Below the pieces are notes generated by a model. That model saw only the letters and a program-made list of their open reading frames with translations. It had not been told where the DNA came from and ran no database searches. Below are positions 11,627 through 22,987 of a stretch of 64,000 bases of DNA, piece by piece (the first letter of the stretch is position 1; each line of letters opens with the position of its first letter). The translations under genes were made by a program, and so were the position numbers. This DNA is from Coniocarpon cinnabarinum (taxonomy: Eukaryota): contig JAVECO010000007.1 of the NCBI GenBank assembly GCA_051942205.1, forward strand, positions 124,001 to 188,000, given 5' to 3'.

Positions 11627-14118
11627 ATGGAGCTCTGGCCTCGCGGCCATGACCCCGTTGCAGCAGCGCCGCCGAGTCTGCGCACTCGCCTGGAAAACCA
11701 CGCCACGTTGCTCGTGAGCTGGTGGTGCACCGGATGCGCCCTCGTCCTCATCTTGCTCCGGCTATGGGGACGAGCGATCCGGACAGAGCGGCTCTTCACC
11801 GAGGACAAGATCATGGCGCTCAGCATTGTGCCGTTGCTCATCCGCATGGCGCTCGTCGATCCGATTCTTCTCTACGGCACCAACAATACCGACCCATACG
11901 GACTCGACCCGATCGCGATTCGAGAGCGCGAGAAGGGCTCCAAGTTGGTGCTGGCCTCGAGGATATTCTATGCCATGTTGTACGTGCCACTCATGTTTCG
12001 CGACTCCACGCAGTGTGGCGTCGCAATGGAAAGGCGGTTCGTTTATTAACCATTCTCGTTAGTATCTGGATGTCCAAATTCACCGTTTCTGAATACCTCA
12101 AGCGCCTGACCTGCAACATCTGGACGCGTCGTTACGAGCTCCAATTAATGGGCATCCGCATCTTCCTCTTTGTGACCTTCTTTGCCGTCGTCATTGCAAC
12201 ACTGGCCGAGTGTCAGCCCTTCCATCACTACTGGCAAGTCACGCCCGATCCCGGGTCGCAATGCAGATCAGGATACGCGCAACTCCTTGTCATGTCCTGC
12301 TGCGACATTGTCACCGATATTCTCCTTGTTGTGTTTCCCATACCGATCATTGTGCGCTCGGCCATGCGCGCCTCACGCAAGGCTGCCATTACATTCCTCT
12401 TTTCCTTGTCGATCCTTCTTATCATCATCACGTCGTACCGCCTGTCCGCGATCCTCCATCAGCACGGTCGACAACAATTGAGGTCTCTCTGGGCGTCGCT
12501 GGAAATACTTGCATCTGCGGCGGTCTCGAATGCGCTCATCCTGGGCTCTTTTGTGCGGGACCGAGGTGTGAAAAAGGCCAAATACAAGGGACCCGAATCC
12601 GTTGTCGACCGCTCGTTTTCAGAAGCCCCAAATGATCCCCAGACAAACTTGGTGCGAACCATGACGCGGAAGCACTGGGGCGAGGACGAGGACGAAGAGC
12701 TGTTCAAGCACTGTCGTGGTCGTCTGGGCTCGATTGAAGAAGACGGCGCGTTGAACACTCCCGCTGCCGTCGCCGCACGACCTGCGTTCCCACACCATTC
12801 AGCGCACGGTGCCATCTCTCCTAACACTCCAACCTTTGGCAACCGACCGCGGAAATTCAGCTCTGCAACCGCCGTCAGCCACGGCATTGGGGAGGTGGAC
12901 ATGAGTCCCACACTGTTCGATGTGGGCGGCATCCTCGACGACGACAAGCAGAGTTTCAGCAAACCCTCGAGCTCGCACGATGGTAGCATGCAAGGGCTGG
13001 ACCCGGGCAAGAGCAGAAAACCGCCGACAAGCGATCCACCGACATCTCCACGGTCTGGCACGAATGCTTTTGACTTTGCAGACATCGGGGGCTTGCTCAA
13101 CAAGAAACCACAGCATGCAGAACCACCACAAGCTTCAGCCGGCGCAGAAGAAGAGAAACCGCAGGAGCGCAACTCCAGACGCCGCATGTCCAACTTTTCG
13201 TTCCCGTTCTCGCCTACTTCACCAGCCGCTCGCAAAGCACCTTCTGACGATCTACGCAATGACCCTCCTTCCACCGAGCTCCAAGACATTGGTGGCCTCC
13301 TTGGCGACGCAAGACCCCCCTCGCCACCCTCTCCACGCTCAAAACCCATGCCACCACCAAAAGACCCTCTACCCACAGCTTTTTCCACAGGTCAATCTTC
13401 TCGACCGCCCCGCGACTACCAACGCTCCAACCCCGACGAAACAATCTACTCTCTCCCACCTCACCCAGAACACCCCGACGACGACATCGCCTCCCAAAGC
13501 TCCACAACAAACTCACTTCCACCATCTCGAAAGTCCTCGCCCTCGAGGAAACCCCGGTCCAGGCCGTCCTCCCTCTTCCGCGCTACCCTCCAAAACAGCT
13601 TCCGTGCCTCTTCTCAGCAGCCCTCACAGCCTCGCAATTCATCTTCGCAGCGTCACACGCGAAGTCGTAGTCGTTCTCGCGTCGATCCGGCTACTGCGGC
13701 TCTCGGACTCATCGCGCAGGACCAGCGCCGCTCGAGTCCTGTGCCTCATCGGGATTCGTCGGCTCCTCGATCCCATGGGCCAACGAGTATACCCCGGTCG
13801 AACTTGGCAGGCTCTAGCATGGGTTCGAGTGCAGACCATCCTCTTGCTTCAGGCGCGGGCACTGGCTCAGGCTTCGAGGGGGAGCTTCCGCCCGAGCTGC
13901 GCAAACGCGATAGCCAGAATTCGGACATCGACACCAAGGCACATGCTAGAGATTGGTTGGGTAAAATCAAAGCGGCGAGAGAACGGCAGAATGAAAGTCA
14001 TGGGACGACGCGTATGGAAGCGAGAGGGAGAGGGGGTGAGAGTTTTGATGCTGAAGACGAGGGGGGATTAAGGGACGTTGGCGGGTTGCTGGATGTGAGG
14101 GATGAGGAGTTGAGGTGA
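11627..14118 (+). CDS. Pth11-like / fungal rhodopsin-domain integral membrane protein with long disordered C-tail; intron 11980-12062
   Basis: Exon 1 (MELWPR...LLVSWWCT...EDKIMALS...GTNN) joins exon 2 through GTACGT..TTAG; ECQPFHHYWQV..C..GYAQL..CDIVTDILLVVFPIPII is typical of the family; about 7 TM segments. Confidence 0.82.
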
Positions 14119-14369
14119 CAGTCGTGTCGTGGGTCAAGTGGACAGGAGAGGAAGATGAAGTGAAAGGAGAGGGGAAATGGGGGAGGGGAAGGAGAGAAGA
14201 GAAGAGAAGTGGTGTACAGGTGGTGTATGATAGATATGATACCCATGAGCCATGTTGTAGAGAGCATGCGATGCTATAGAGCACTTGGTGCTATACCTAT
14301 ACTTATACTAATTCTCAAATAGCGAAATATTAGATCTAGATCTAGATTGATATCATACTGTCTGTTACA

Positions 14370-14489
14370 GCTTCTTCTACAGTGGCGTCTTCTACAGTGG
14401 CGTCTTCTATAGCGGCTTCTTCTATAGTGGCTTCTTCTACAGTGGCGTCTTCTAGAGTGGCTTCTTCTACCTCAGCTTCTACTACAGTG
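14370..14489. repeat. 15-nt tandem repeat GC(T/G)TCTTCTA(C/T)AGTG, 8 units
   Basis: Units counted directly; lies in a TA-rich patch. Confidence 0.95.
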
Positions 14490-15174
14490 ACTCTTAATAC
14501 CATCGTGACATGACTTGTCAACAGCTCGTCTTTTCCTCAATATGTTTATCATAAAAACGTGCCAGTCATATCTCTCCATTCAAGGACGCACCACATGCAG
14601 CTGGCATGATGACTATCCTGACGGTCGTTGAAATGCTCCAATGTCAGTCCCTGAAGCACAAGTTGAAATGTGTGTCAGTCCCTGAAGCACAAATGAAGTA
14701 TGAATGTCTCCACGCTTGTGTACTCCTTATACTCGAGAGTGATATACTCGAGAGTGATATACCCGAGAGTGAACAACAAGACGATGTTCAACTTGTCATT
14801 TCGTATCTTGGACACGAGGGAAGGAATGTAGCCACGAAAGTGCCAACGATGGAGCTTGTGAAGTCTTCTTGATCAGCTTTCCTGCACCTGATAGCTTGCA
14901 TGCGCGCGTGCATAGAGAATGCACAGATTTCTGATCGATTTGGTTTGGCAATCTCGTCCACGGTCTAGGACACGTATCGTGCAATGTCGTCCAGTTTCTG
15001 GGGTAAAGCAGATACCGCCTGCTTTATAGTACACTGCCTATAGTACACAAACCTGCCCCCATCGCTATGTCCTAGACATAGGTATCTACGTAAGGATGAG
15101 TCTCTGAGCATCGAGTCAGACCGACCAACACCAGCGAATCCCGTTCCTCGACATCATCGCGGAGACAGACATCC

Positions 15175-15653
15175 ATGTCCGCGCCTGCCAGACGCACCAT
15201 TCCCAGAAGCCAGAGGCCAGAAGAGAAAATGGCACTGTCTGGAGACTACAAAAACACGGAAGAAGCGACTGCCAACGGGTCCAACATGGCGTCGCTAAAG
15301 CGGGTGTAAATCAGATCACTACGGCTTCCTTCGGGACGGCGTCGTGAGCGCGGTATGTCTGACTGATTCCTCACCTCCCTGTCTCCTCTGTCCCCCTGCC
15401 TCCTCCGTCTCCCAGCTCAGTCTCCCCAGCGGCAGCAACACCACATGCATCGCAGAGCTGACATCAACGCCAGATACGGAACAGCATTGGCGGAAGCGGC
15501 ACGAACATGGGAACGTCCCCCCTGATGTATGAGCACAGATGCAGAAACACGATTCTGTAAAGGCATGAATCAAAATCGCGTCTCTGTAGAGGCGTGGATT
15601 ATGCGTTGGAAACGCGACGATCCGGGAGCTGGCTCAAGTTCCGAGGGATGTAG
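15175..15653 (+). pseudogene. Frameshifted and stop-interrupted paralogue of the orphan gene at 17891-18329; intron 15353-15473
   Basis: Manual translation: MSAP..KMALSGDYKNTEEATAN / HGVAKAGVNQITTASF / EQHWRKRHEHGNVPP / WIMRWKRDD / SWLKFRGM align in order with MSAP..KMPRLGDYQNPQEARDN / HGIAQTTVNQIPAASF / ESHWLKKQEHGTIHP / WSHAWKRQD / SWHDYLRRHGM; intron at the equivalent position. Confidence 0.8.
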
Positions 15654-17890
15654 CGAGGCGGCCGGATTCGAACGCGTGAGGGTTTCCTTAGACACGGTCT
15701 ACGATGACGATGTGGTGTTCGATAAATGTGAATTACGAGTGAGTCGCCTGAAACCTGGAGTGAGGCTGATACGTGCACCGGACCGTCACCTCCAGCCCGC
15801 GTAATCTATGTGCGACATTACCTCTTGATCTGCGAGTCTGATCAAGGGATGCAGCATCATTGCGTATCGTGAGCTGGAGTGTGTCGATGTCACCGCACAA
15901 GGGAAGTTCTCACGACGTTTACATCCGCACGGATGATTGAAACAAGTGTTGACACCCCTCGGCCGGGCTTCTTTACATTCATTCGACAATCGATGCTGCG
16001 GCCGAGAGTGGCGTCGAGAGCGGCGTCGAGATTTGGCTGAGTGCAGCCTTGAGGCGGTCGCTTGTCTGGGACGAAGGGCCTGTTTCGCCTTGGCTCGGTC
16101 TCGTCATTTCTCGTCATTTTTCGAATGTAGTTTTTCTCTTCCTTTCTTCCCGAGTGCACGGTTCGTGTCGTCCGGAGGACATGGGAGAGTGATCATTCGT
16201 ATTTTCGACTCTCCTGGATGTGATGATGGCGGTCGAAGGAAGCATCGCTCGAGCCCTTCCCCTTACCCTTCTATGCCCTAATGTTTCAGCTGTTGCTTGT
16301 TGCGTGTTGAGTGTTGCGGTGGATACCCTAGGCACCGCATACCAAGGGTCCAAGTGCCGGGCTCAAAACGCTGCGAGATTTTTGCGCTGCAGGTGGAGCC
16401 TGGGCTTTTATTTTTTCCTAGTGGAAGAGGTATATTGACAAGAACCAGTTCAGCAGCAGCAGCAGCAAGAGTGTTGATGGGAATGGCATCACCTCTATGG
16501 GTCATATAAGACTCTTGGTATGACTCGTTTTATTTGTCTACCTATTTCCGCATGATTGTTAGAACCGCAATACCGCAAGAGATGCCGCCGCATCTCCCTT
16601 CGGATCTGATGGGTATCACGGGGATGGCGCAAGTCTTCTGATTTGGTGAATGTTCTATATTTATACGATGGGTACCTGTGGCTTCTGGTGGAGGAGCATG
16701 GTATAGCTTAGGATAGTCGCCCCCGAAGTGCATAGACGATACATGTCTAGTTTCTCGCGTCCCGTGCGGGCATTCTGACGTCAGATCTGATGAGCCTTCA
16801 AATGGGCGTATACTCGGCGGTATGAATTCTTCATCATGCATCGTGCATAGTTATCCAGGATGAAGTCATGATTATGCACAACGATGTCAACGTAAGCGAT
16901 CTTCTGGCGCCCGCTGGACACAAAGTAGCCAACTTGCGCTGGCCATCGCTGATTGAAGATATACGAGAAAGGGATAGAGAGATAGAGAATGTGGCAGTCA
17001 GGGCATGTACACGGTGGCCTCAAGTAGATACATAACACATTCTGGAAACACATCAGCGCGGTTCATATAGCTGGCAAGCGACAGAAGCAGTTGTCGCGAT
17101 AACCAGTTCACATCTGGACCACCCCATGCTCGAATTCAAATGACGTAGCGTTTATGGTGGCCGGATGCTGTTTTGAGGTCTTGCGTTCGCAATCGACAGT
17201 GACACACAGGACTTATCCGGGGCGGCCCTTCCCAACCGTTCGTCGTGGCATGTTGGTTTTGGTACCGGTTCGAGAAAATGGGGCCAGGCAGAACACGTCG
17301 CTTCACGTCCGAGTATTCGCGATTTCGGGAGATAGCTGGGGGCTTGCACGTCAATGACCGCGCAATCGATTGTCTGACTTAGTGTTTGCTAGGAATGGAA
17401 ACCCCTTTGGTGTGCAGAAACCATGGGCAACACCTCGCTGTCTCGGGTGGGAGAACACGGTGTACATTGAGGCGTCAACTTTCAAGTTGCCTTTATCTCC
17501 ATCCAGTGCAACTTCGTCCGAAGGCACGCCTAGACAACTGCGGTAACTGACCACGGAAGTCTGTCTTGGGGGGTTTAATGAGGTCTTCTTGATCAGCCCG
17601 CGGGCAGTTCAGAGCTAGCCTGCTCTGCATGCAACAATGCACAAGCTTCTGACACCTTTTACATTGTAGAAAGAGTTGCCGATTAATCCCGAGCAGGCAG
17701 TGTGCAACATGTGTCATCATCTACTTGTAATCGTCAGAACCAGATTCCTGTTGGCTTGTAATATAAACCTGCTCCCTCTGCTAGGAATCGACACAAGATC
17801 CCTCACAGAACACTCGTACAATCCCCAGAGGTAGACAAATCCAGCAACAACCAACCTAGTCCTTCGACATCAGTCCAATAATCAGAAGTC

Positions 17891-18329
17891 ATGTCAGCGC
17901 CGGGCAAAAGCACCGGTCCTTCGAACCAAGCCAGCGACCCGAAGGGTCCCGGCTCCACCGGACAGAAAGTAAAGATGCCCCGTCTAGGAGACTATCAGAA
18001 CCCACAAGAAGCGAGGGACAATCAAGCCGGACACGGAATAGCTCAGACGACCGTGAACCAAATACCCGCTGCTTCCTTCCAAGATGTTTTAAATGATCGA
18101 AGTAAGGGCGCGGAGAGGAGGACGAGTACATGCGACAGGACTGACACGTATTGTAGACATGGAAAGCCATTGGCTTAAGAAGCAAGAGCATGGCACGATC
18201 CACCCGTCTACCCAGGAGGAGATAAAGAGTCACGGGGGAATCAGCCAATGGAGTCACGCCTGGAAACGCCAGGACAAGGAGAGTTGGCACGACTATCTCC
18301 GCAGGCATGGGATGGGACGGGAAGAATGA
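17891..18329 (+). CDS. Small orphan protein, 127 aa, two exons (intron 18102-18156)
   Basis: TATAAA at 17762, ATG in GAAGTCATGT context, GTAAGG donor, ACTGAC branch, TTGTAG acceptor; splicing restores one frame (211+173 nt); supported by the paralogous pseudogene. Confidence 0.78.
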
Positions 18330-21300
18330 TCATTGCAAAAATGCTTAATGAACCATTCTTCGAGCGCGTTCAGCACGTCGAGTATGTACATCGACAATGG
18401 TGTGCAACATGGTGGGTGAATGTATGTACCCTCAATAGAAGAGCCGATTTCGTACTCGTCATCCCCTTTAGATGGTGCAGACCGTCTTCTATGATAACAT
18501 CTTGGACAAAGAAAGTCCCATCGGGGATGCAGGGGCTTAGTGCATCCAGTCTTCACCTATTGTGAATGCTCTAGTATCACAATGGAAGAGGCTACTTCAA
18601 TTCCTCGTAATACCCGTCGTTTCAGCCGCTTCTCACCTTCATGTATCCAACCCTGCTAGCGTTTTTGACCCGACCGACGCTCGCACCTCAGAAAGAGCCT
18701 CTTCAACACGCCGTACAGCAGCGCAATCCTTAAACACTCAATGAATATGCAATCGCTCCAAGCATCTACCAGAACAGGCGCTAATCAAAGAGTTCACAAC
18801 GTTGGACGCAGCCTCGCAGGGTGCCAGGTGCTCTTAAGTATCGGTCGATAATCCCATTGCGCTGATATCAGCTTTCTTACATCAGCCAGAGCCCGTTTGC
18901 GCTGCTTCCCTGCTACCGTGATATCGTCTGGCGGTTTAAGTTGGTCGTGTTAGTACTTTGTGAGGCCGAAAGTGCTGTTCAAGGCGCCCTCGGCGGGCGT
19001 GCTGGGACGATTCGACGCCGCTGAAGATCTATGAGGTATACGTTGCGCAGCTTCACGCCATTGATTAGGTCTTTTGGCGCTGATTGGGCGCTCGTGGAAA
19101 GGATATAGTATTTGATGTTCAGGGTGCAGCATTACCATCAATCAGTTGGTGATGCAAAGTGATGATTGCTCGGAAAAGCAGCGTATTCACGGCACAATAC
19201 ATAGTCCCTGGTTGACTTGAATGCAGCGAGCTTATCATATCGAGGTACGGTTCGCCGGCTGGTGACACTCCAGGAGGTCGTCAATATACGAATTAATCAG
19301 ACTTCCCTCTTCCATACGCTCATCCAATCGTTGATGCGATTAGTACGTGCAATAGCGTCCGAACGGCTGCGACTAAGTTGGAGAAACATTAATTATGTCA
19401 AGGCGCCCCGTACTGCCTCTCCATATCCGTACTGCGCTTCGTGACGACTTTATTGAGTAGATACTTACAAAAGTATAGGCAGTGACGATCCTGCTGCAAC
19501 TTGATGATCGGATGGTTGTCCTTTACGAGCCTCAGGCGGCCACCGCAGGTATCGATCCAATGTTGCTTAAGTAAGGCCTTGGGGAGCGCCCATGTGAAGG
19601 GAACGTCGAGGCAGGCTGGCCCCTTACAGGTCAAGGATTGCCTGCATAACTCTGTAGTTCATATCCAACCGCAAGGGAACAAGTGAATCCCTCTCGACCT
19701 GATTATTCCAATGCTTTCCAGAGTCGCCACGTCTTAGCATTGCTCGTCTGTGTCTCTTCTCGGCCATTCAACTGCAAATTCTTCAAAGTAGCATCCAGGC
19801 GCGTAGCCTCCAGCAGCATTCCACAGCAATTGGTATGTCTTCAAAGCTCAGCAGCGAGTAGTGTGATCTCTAATGACGTCTTGATCCCTCGAATTCGCAG
19901 GATCCCTTGACCCGCCAATCTTTCCCTCCTTTTCAATACTTCTTTTGCCAATGCTCTTCAAGTCTTCAACTTCTAGATGAGCACTTTCTCAGCTTGTTTC
20001 CCATCAAGTATGACAGGTTTTGTGGCTGAGCACTTTCTCAAGCTGCTTGCTGACCAGATGAACGACATCCATGCTGCTTCATTCTCGTGTTGAGTATCTT
20101 TGTAGATCATCGACTGGCTTGTATATTTGTGACGGTGTGACTCTTCCAGGACTCAAGCTGAGACGGCGCAGGGGGCAGGAGCAGAACAAGGTAGCATTGA
20201 GCTCCCACTCATGAGCCTGTATGCTCGCAAACACTCTTTCCAGCGTAGATATCAGACTGGAAACTTTAGAAGGCAATGAATAAGATGCTGGTTGAACGGT
20301 TGGAATCCCAGTGTCTTAGGCGAAGTTTGGGTAACGCTGGACGGCAATTGTGTACTATGGGTCCTGCTCAAAGATGCCGGAGCCATCAAAAGCTCTCCAT
20401 GCTTGTGATGTCGTAAGTGTGCAGTCTGAGAGGTACGCAAACCAGCCAAATAGACCTTGTCCAATGTGCTTTCGTGTCCGTCGGGGTTTGAGTCTCGCAA
20501 GTCGAGAAGTTTGCCATGCTGCGAGCTCTCGAGGGTCTGACTTGAGAAGAGCGCCGGGAAACAAGAAGATCCCTGTCGTAGATGATAGGCGCTGTGAGCA
20601 GTATGATTGGAGGCGCTTAGGAATGCGATGACCGAGGAATGTGTCATCGAGCCGCTTCTCAAGTCGCAACAGGACGTCGACTCCTGACATGTCGAGAGGG
20701 CACTGTTGCGAATCTGTCCTCAGCTGAGGCTGGGGTGCGTCTTCCAAGAAATCTTTTAAGTGATTCATAAAAGCACTGCCATTGAGAAAGCTATGTTGTT
20801 GTCGCTGAGGCCAGCCGTCGGAGGAAAAAGATATGATGGATCACCTGATGGACAACCGAGCCCGTTGTGTACAGGGAACAATGCTTCCTGGCGGATAAAT
20901 TGCTCGCCTTCTCGGATGAGCATCATTGATGCTGACGACAGATTGCTCAGGACATTGAAACTCGAATGTGCCTGGCAAGAGAAGGAAGACATGGAGGATT
21001 CCGCTGGAACAACAAGCCTGTCGCATCGTACACAGCAGATATATGTGCTTCCTGACGGAAAAGGCGCTTGCTTGCTCGTATGTGCATCCAGAGTGCTGAC
21101 GACAGATGGCTCGTAACATGGCAATCCGAATGTACCCGGCGAGATGCCCACATACCAGCGTTGCTGTTGTGGTCCAGATATTCTGAGGTAGGAAGCGATC
21201 GAGGAGGCGATGTCGTCCGTATGAGGAAGAGAAGAAGGCAGAAACAATCACTACAAGACTCGCATTAGTGAGGGCGCAAATCGTGCTGAAGACGAGCAAA

Positions 21301-21952
21301 AGCAGCCCAGGAGCGTCACGACCACCGCATCTTCTCAATGCTCTCCGCCTCTAGCGACTGATCCTGTCGCTCCTAGGGATTACGAATGGAGGGAACTGTC
21401 GTCGTGACAACCGAATGAGGCCAGCTGAGCCGAATGGCAATGGCAGCGATGTGGAGACTGGCAGAGGTGGGTTGGCTGAATTCGATCGCGACAGCGCTCA
21501 AACTCGGCAGACGGACGTGAAACAGCTTTTGACGCCTACTCTCGCTCTACGTAAAAGCATCATCTCCCGACGGAGGGGAAAAGCCGGCAAAGAACTGGGA
21601 TTCAGGTGGATCAAGGCAAGCTCACCAAGCGTTTCGTCACGGGATTAGCAAGGAAAAGAGAGGCAGGCACGTGTTCAGCAACGAGGGCTGCAGGCAGAGG
21701 CAAGCATGCTGTGTTCGAGTCCCGCTCGGGGCAAACTGGCGTAATCAATTAACCAAAAAACGCGTTTGCGGTGCACCAAGACGACGACCACGCGAACAGA
21801 TTTGTAGAAAAAAGCAAAGAGAGTGCGAGCATCAACGTAGCAATCATCGAGCATATTTCTCGAATGAAAGAGGCTTTAGTAGACGAAGTCATAGTATATC
21901 AAACCACACACATGTATTCGAACACCTGATGGGCAAAAAGGACAAAAAAACG

Positions 21953-21985
21953 AGCATCACAACAAGCATCACAACAAGCATCACA
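21953..21985. repeat. 12-nt tandem repeat AGCATCACAACA, about 2.75 units
   Basis: Seen directly. Confidence 0.85.
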
Positions 21986-22573
21986 GGAAGGAAGTGGGGA
22001 GGGGGAAGACATACCTGAAGTCCATAGACCCCATCGCACTGCGCAACGCAGCCATTGACCTGTCGAAAGGAGGCATCGCCTCACATTGCCATGTGGTGCC
22101 AGGTGATGAGAGAAGGAAATTGGGTACGTACCTCTTTCGTGAACCTTAAAGGTTGCTTTAGCCATTCGGCCATTTCTACGGTAAACGTAGGGGCATCTTT
22201 AGCCCAAAGTAACCGATAATTAATTGAACGTATATAGTCACCTTGCAATTGCACACATGCACAGGAAAACGGGAATTCGATCAGATTTCCGCAGCGCCGT
22301 TGCTATGCTAATTATCTTGAGAATCTAGCACATTGCCGCCGACGCCAGAATGCTGCGCACACTCGGTGCATGATAAACGTGCCTGATAGGCTGATGGTCG
22401 ATAAGGGGAACCTAAATCACGTGTCAGCTTAAGCTCGCTTCACATCAGCTCAAATTGCGACTTCGCCACCAAATCTTGTGCGGACACTTGCAACGACAAC
22501 GTCGAAAACAGACTCGCGCTAGGGATCATGCAGAAGCAATTAGTGCTGACGACTTACGCTGCCGTCATCGGGC

Positions 22574-22987
22574 TCAATAATTCCCAATAAGTCGCATCCA
22601 CGCCAACTCCCACTGCAGGGCGTCCATCTTCGTGTACTCGTCCCGCAGGACCCCCGCTCTCTGACGACCCATCCGCTTCAGAGCATCCATGCGCCGTAGC
22701 GCGGCCGTCTCCACTTCATGGATGGTCTGGCCCACGACCGCCCGACACATCTCGTCCACTGCCGAAACCCTCACAAAAGTCCGGAAGGCTCGGATCAAGT
22801 TTTCCGCCCAGTAAGGGCACTGCCAGTCGAAAAATGCGGGCACCACCTCGAGGAAGAGGTAGTCCCGCACGAGCGAGACACAGGTCTGCAGGGGCAGCTG
22901 CCCATTGGCAGGCTGCGATGTTGCGCCTCCGCGGCCAAACACGGCGAGGTACGCCGTGAGGCGGGCATTGTCATTGATGTAGGACAT
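22574..22987 (-). CDS. Hypothetical protein (137 aa from ATG 22987), or terminal exon of a longer gene
   Basis: GC3-rich helical-looking ORF preceded by GCTGAT branch and TTGCAG acceptor; no family recognised. Confidence 0.45.
   Translation of the reverse strand: MSYINDNARLTAYLAVFGRGGATSQPANGQLPLQTCVSLVRDYLFLEVVPAFFDWQCPYWAENLIRAFRTFVRVSAVDEMCRAVVGQTIHEVETAALRRMDALKRMGRQRAGVLRDEYTKMDALQWELAWMRLIGNY

Noticed and set aside
18980..19070. Minus-strand peptide VYLIDLQRRRIVPA resembling the lead-in to HET domains
   Set aside because: The diagnostic YxALSYxWG motif does not follow; too short to call.
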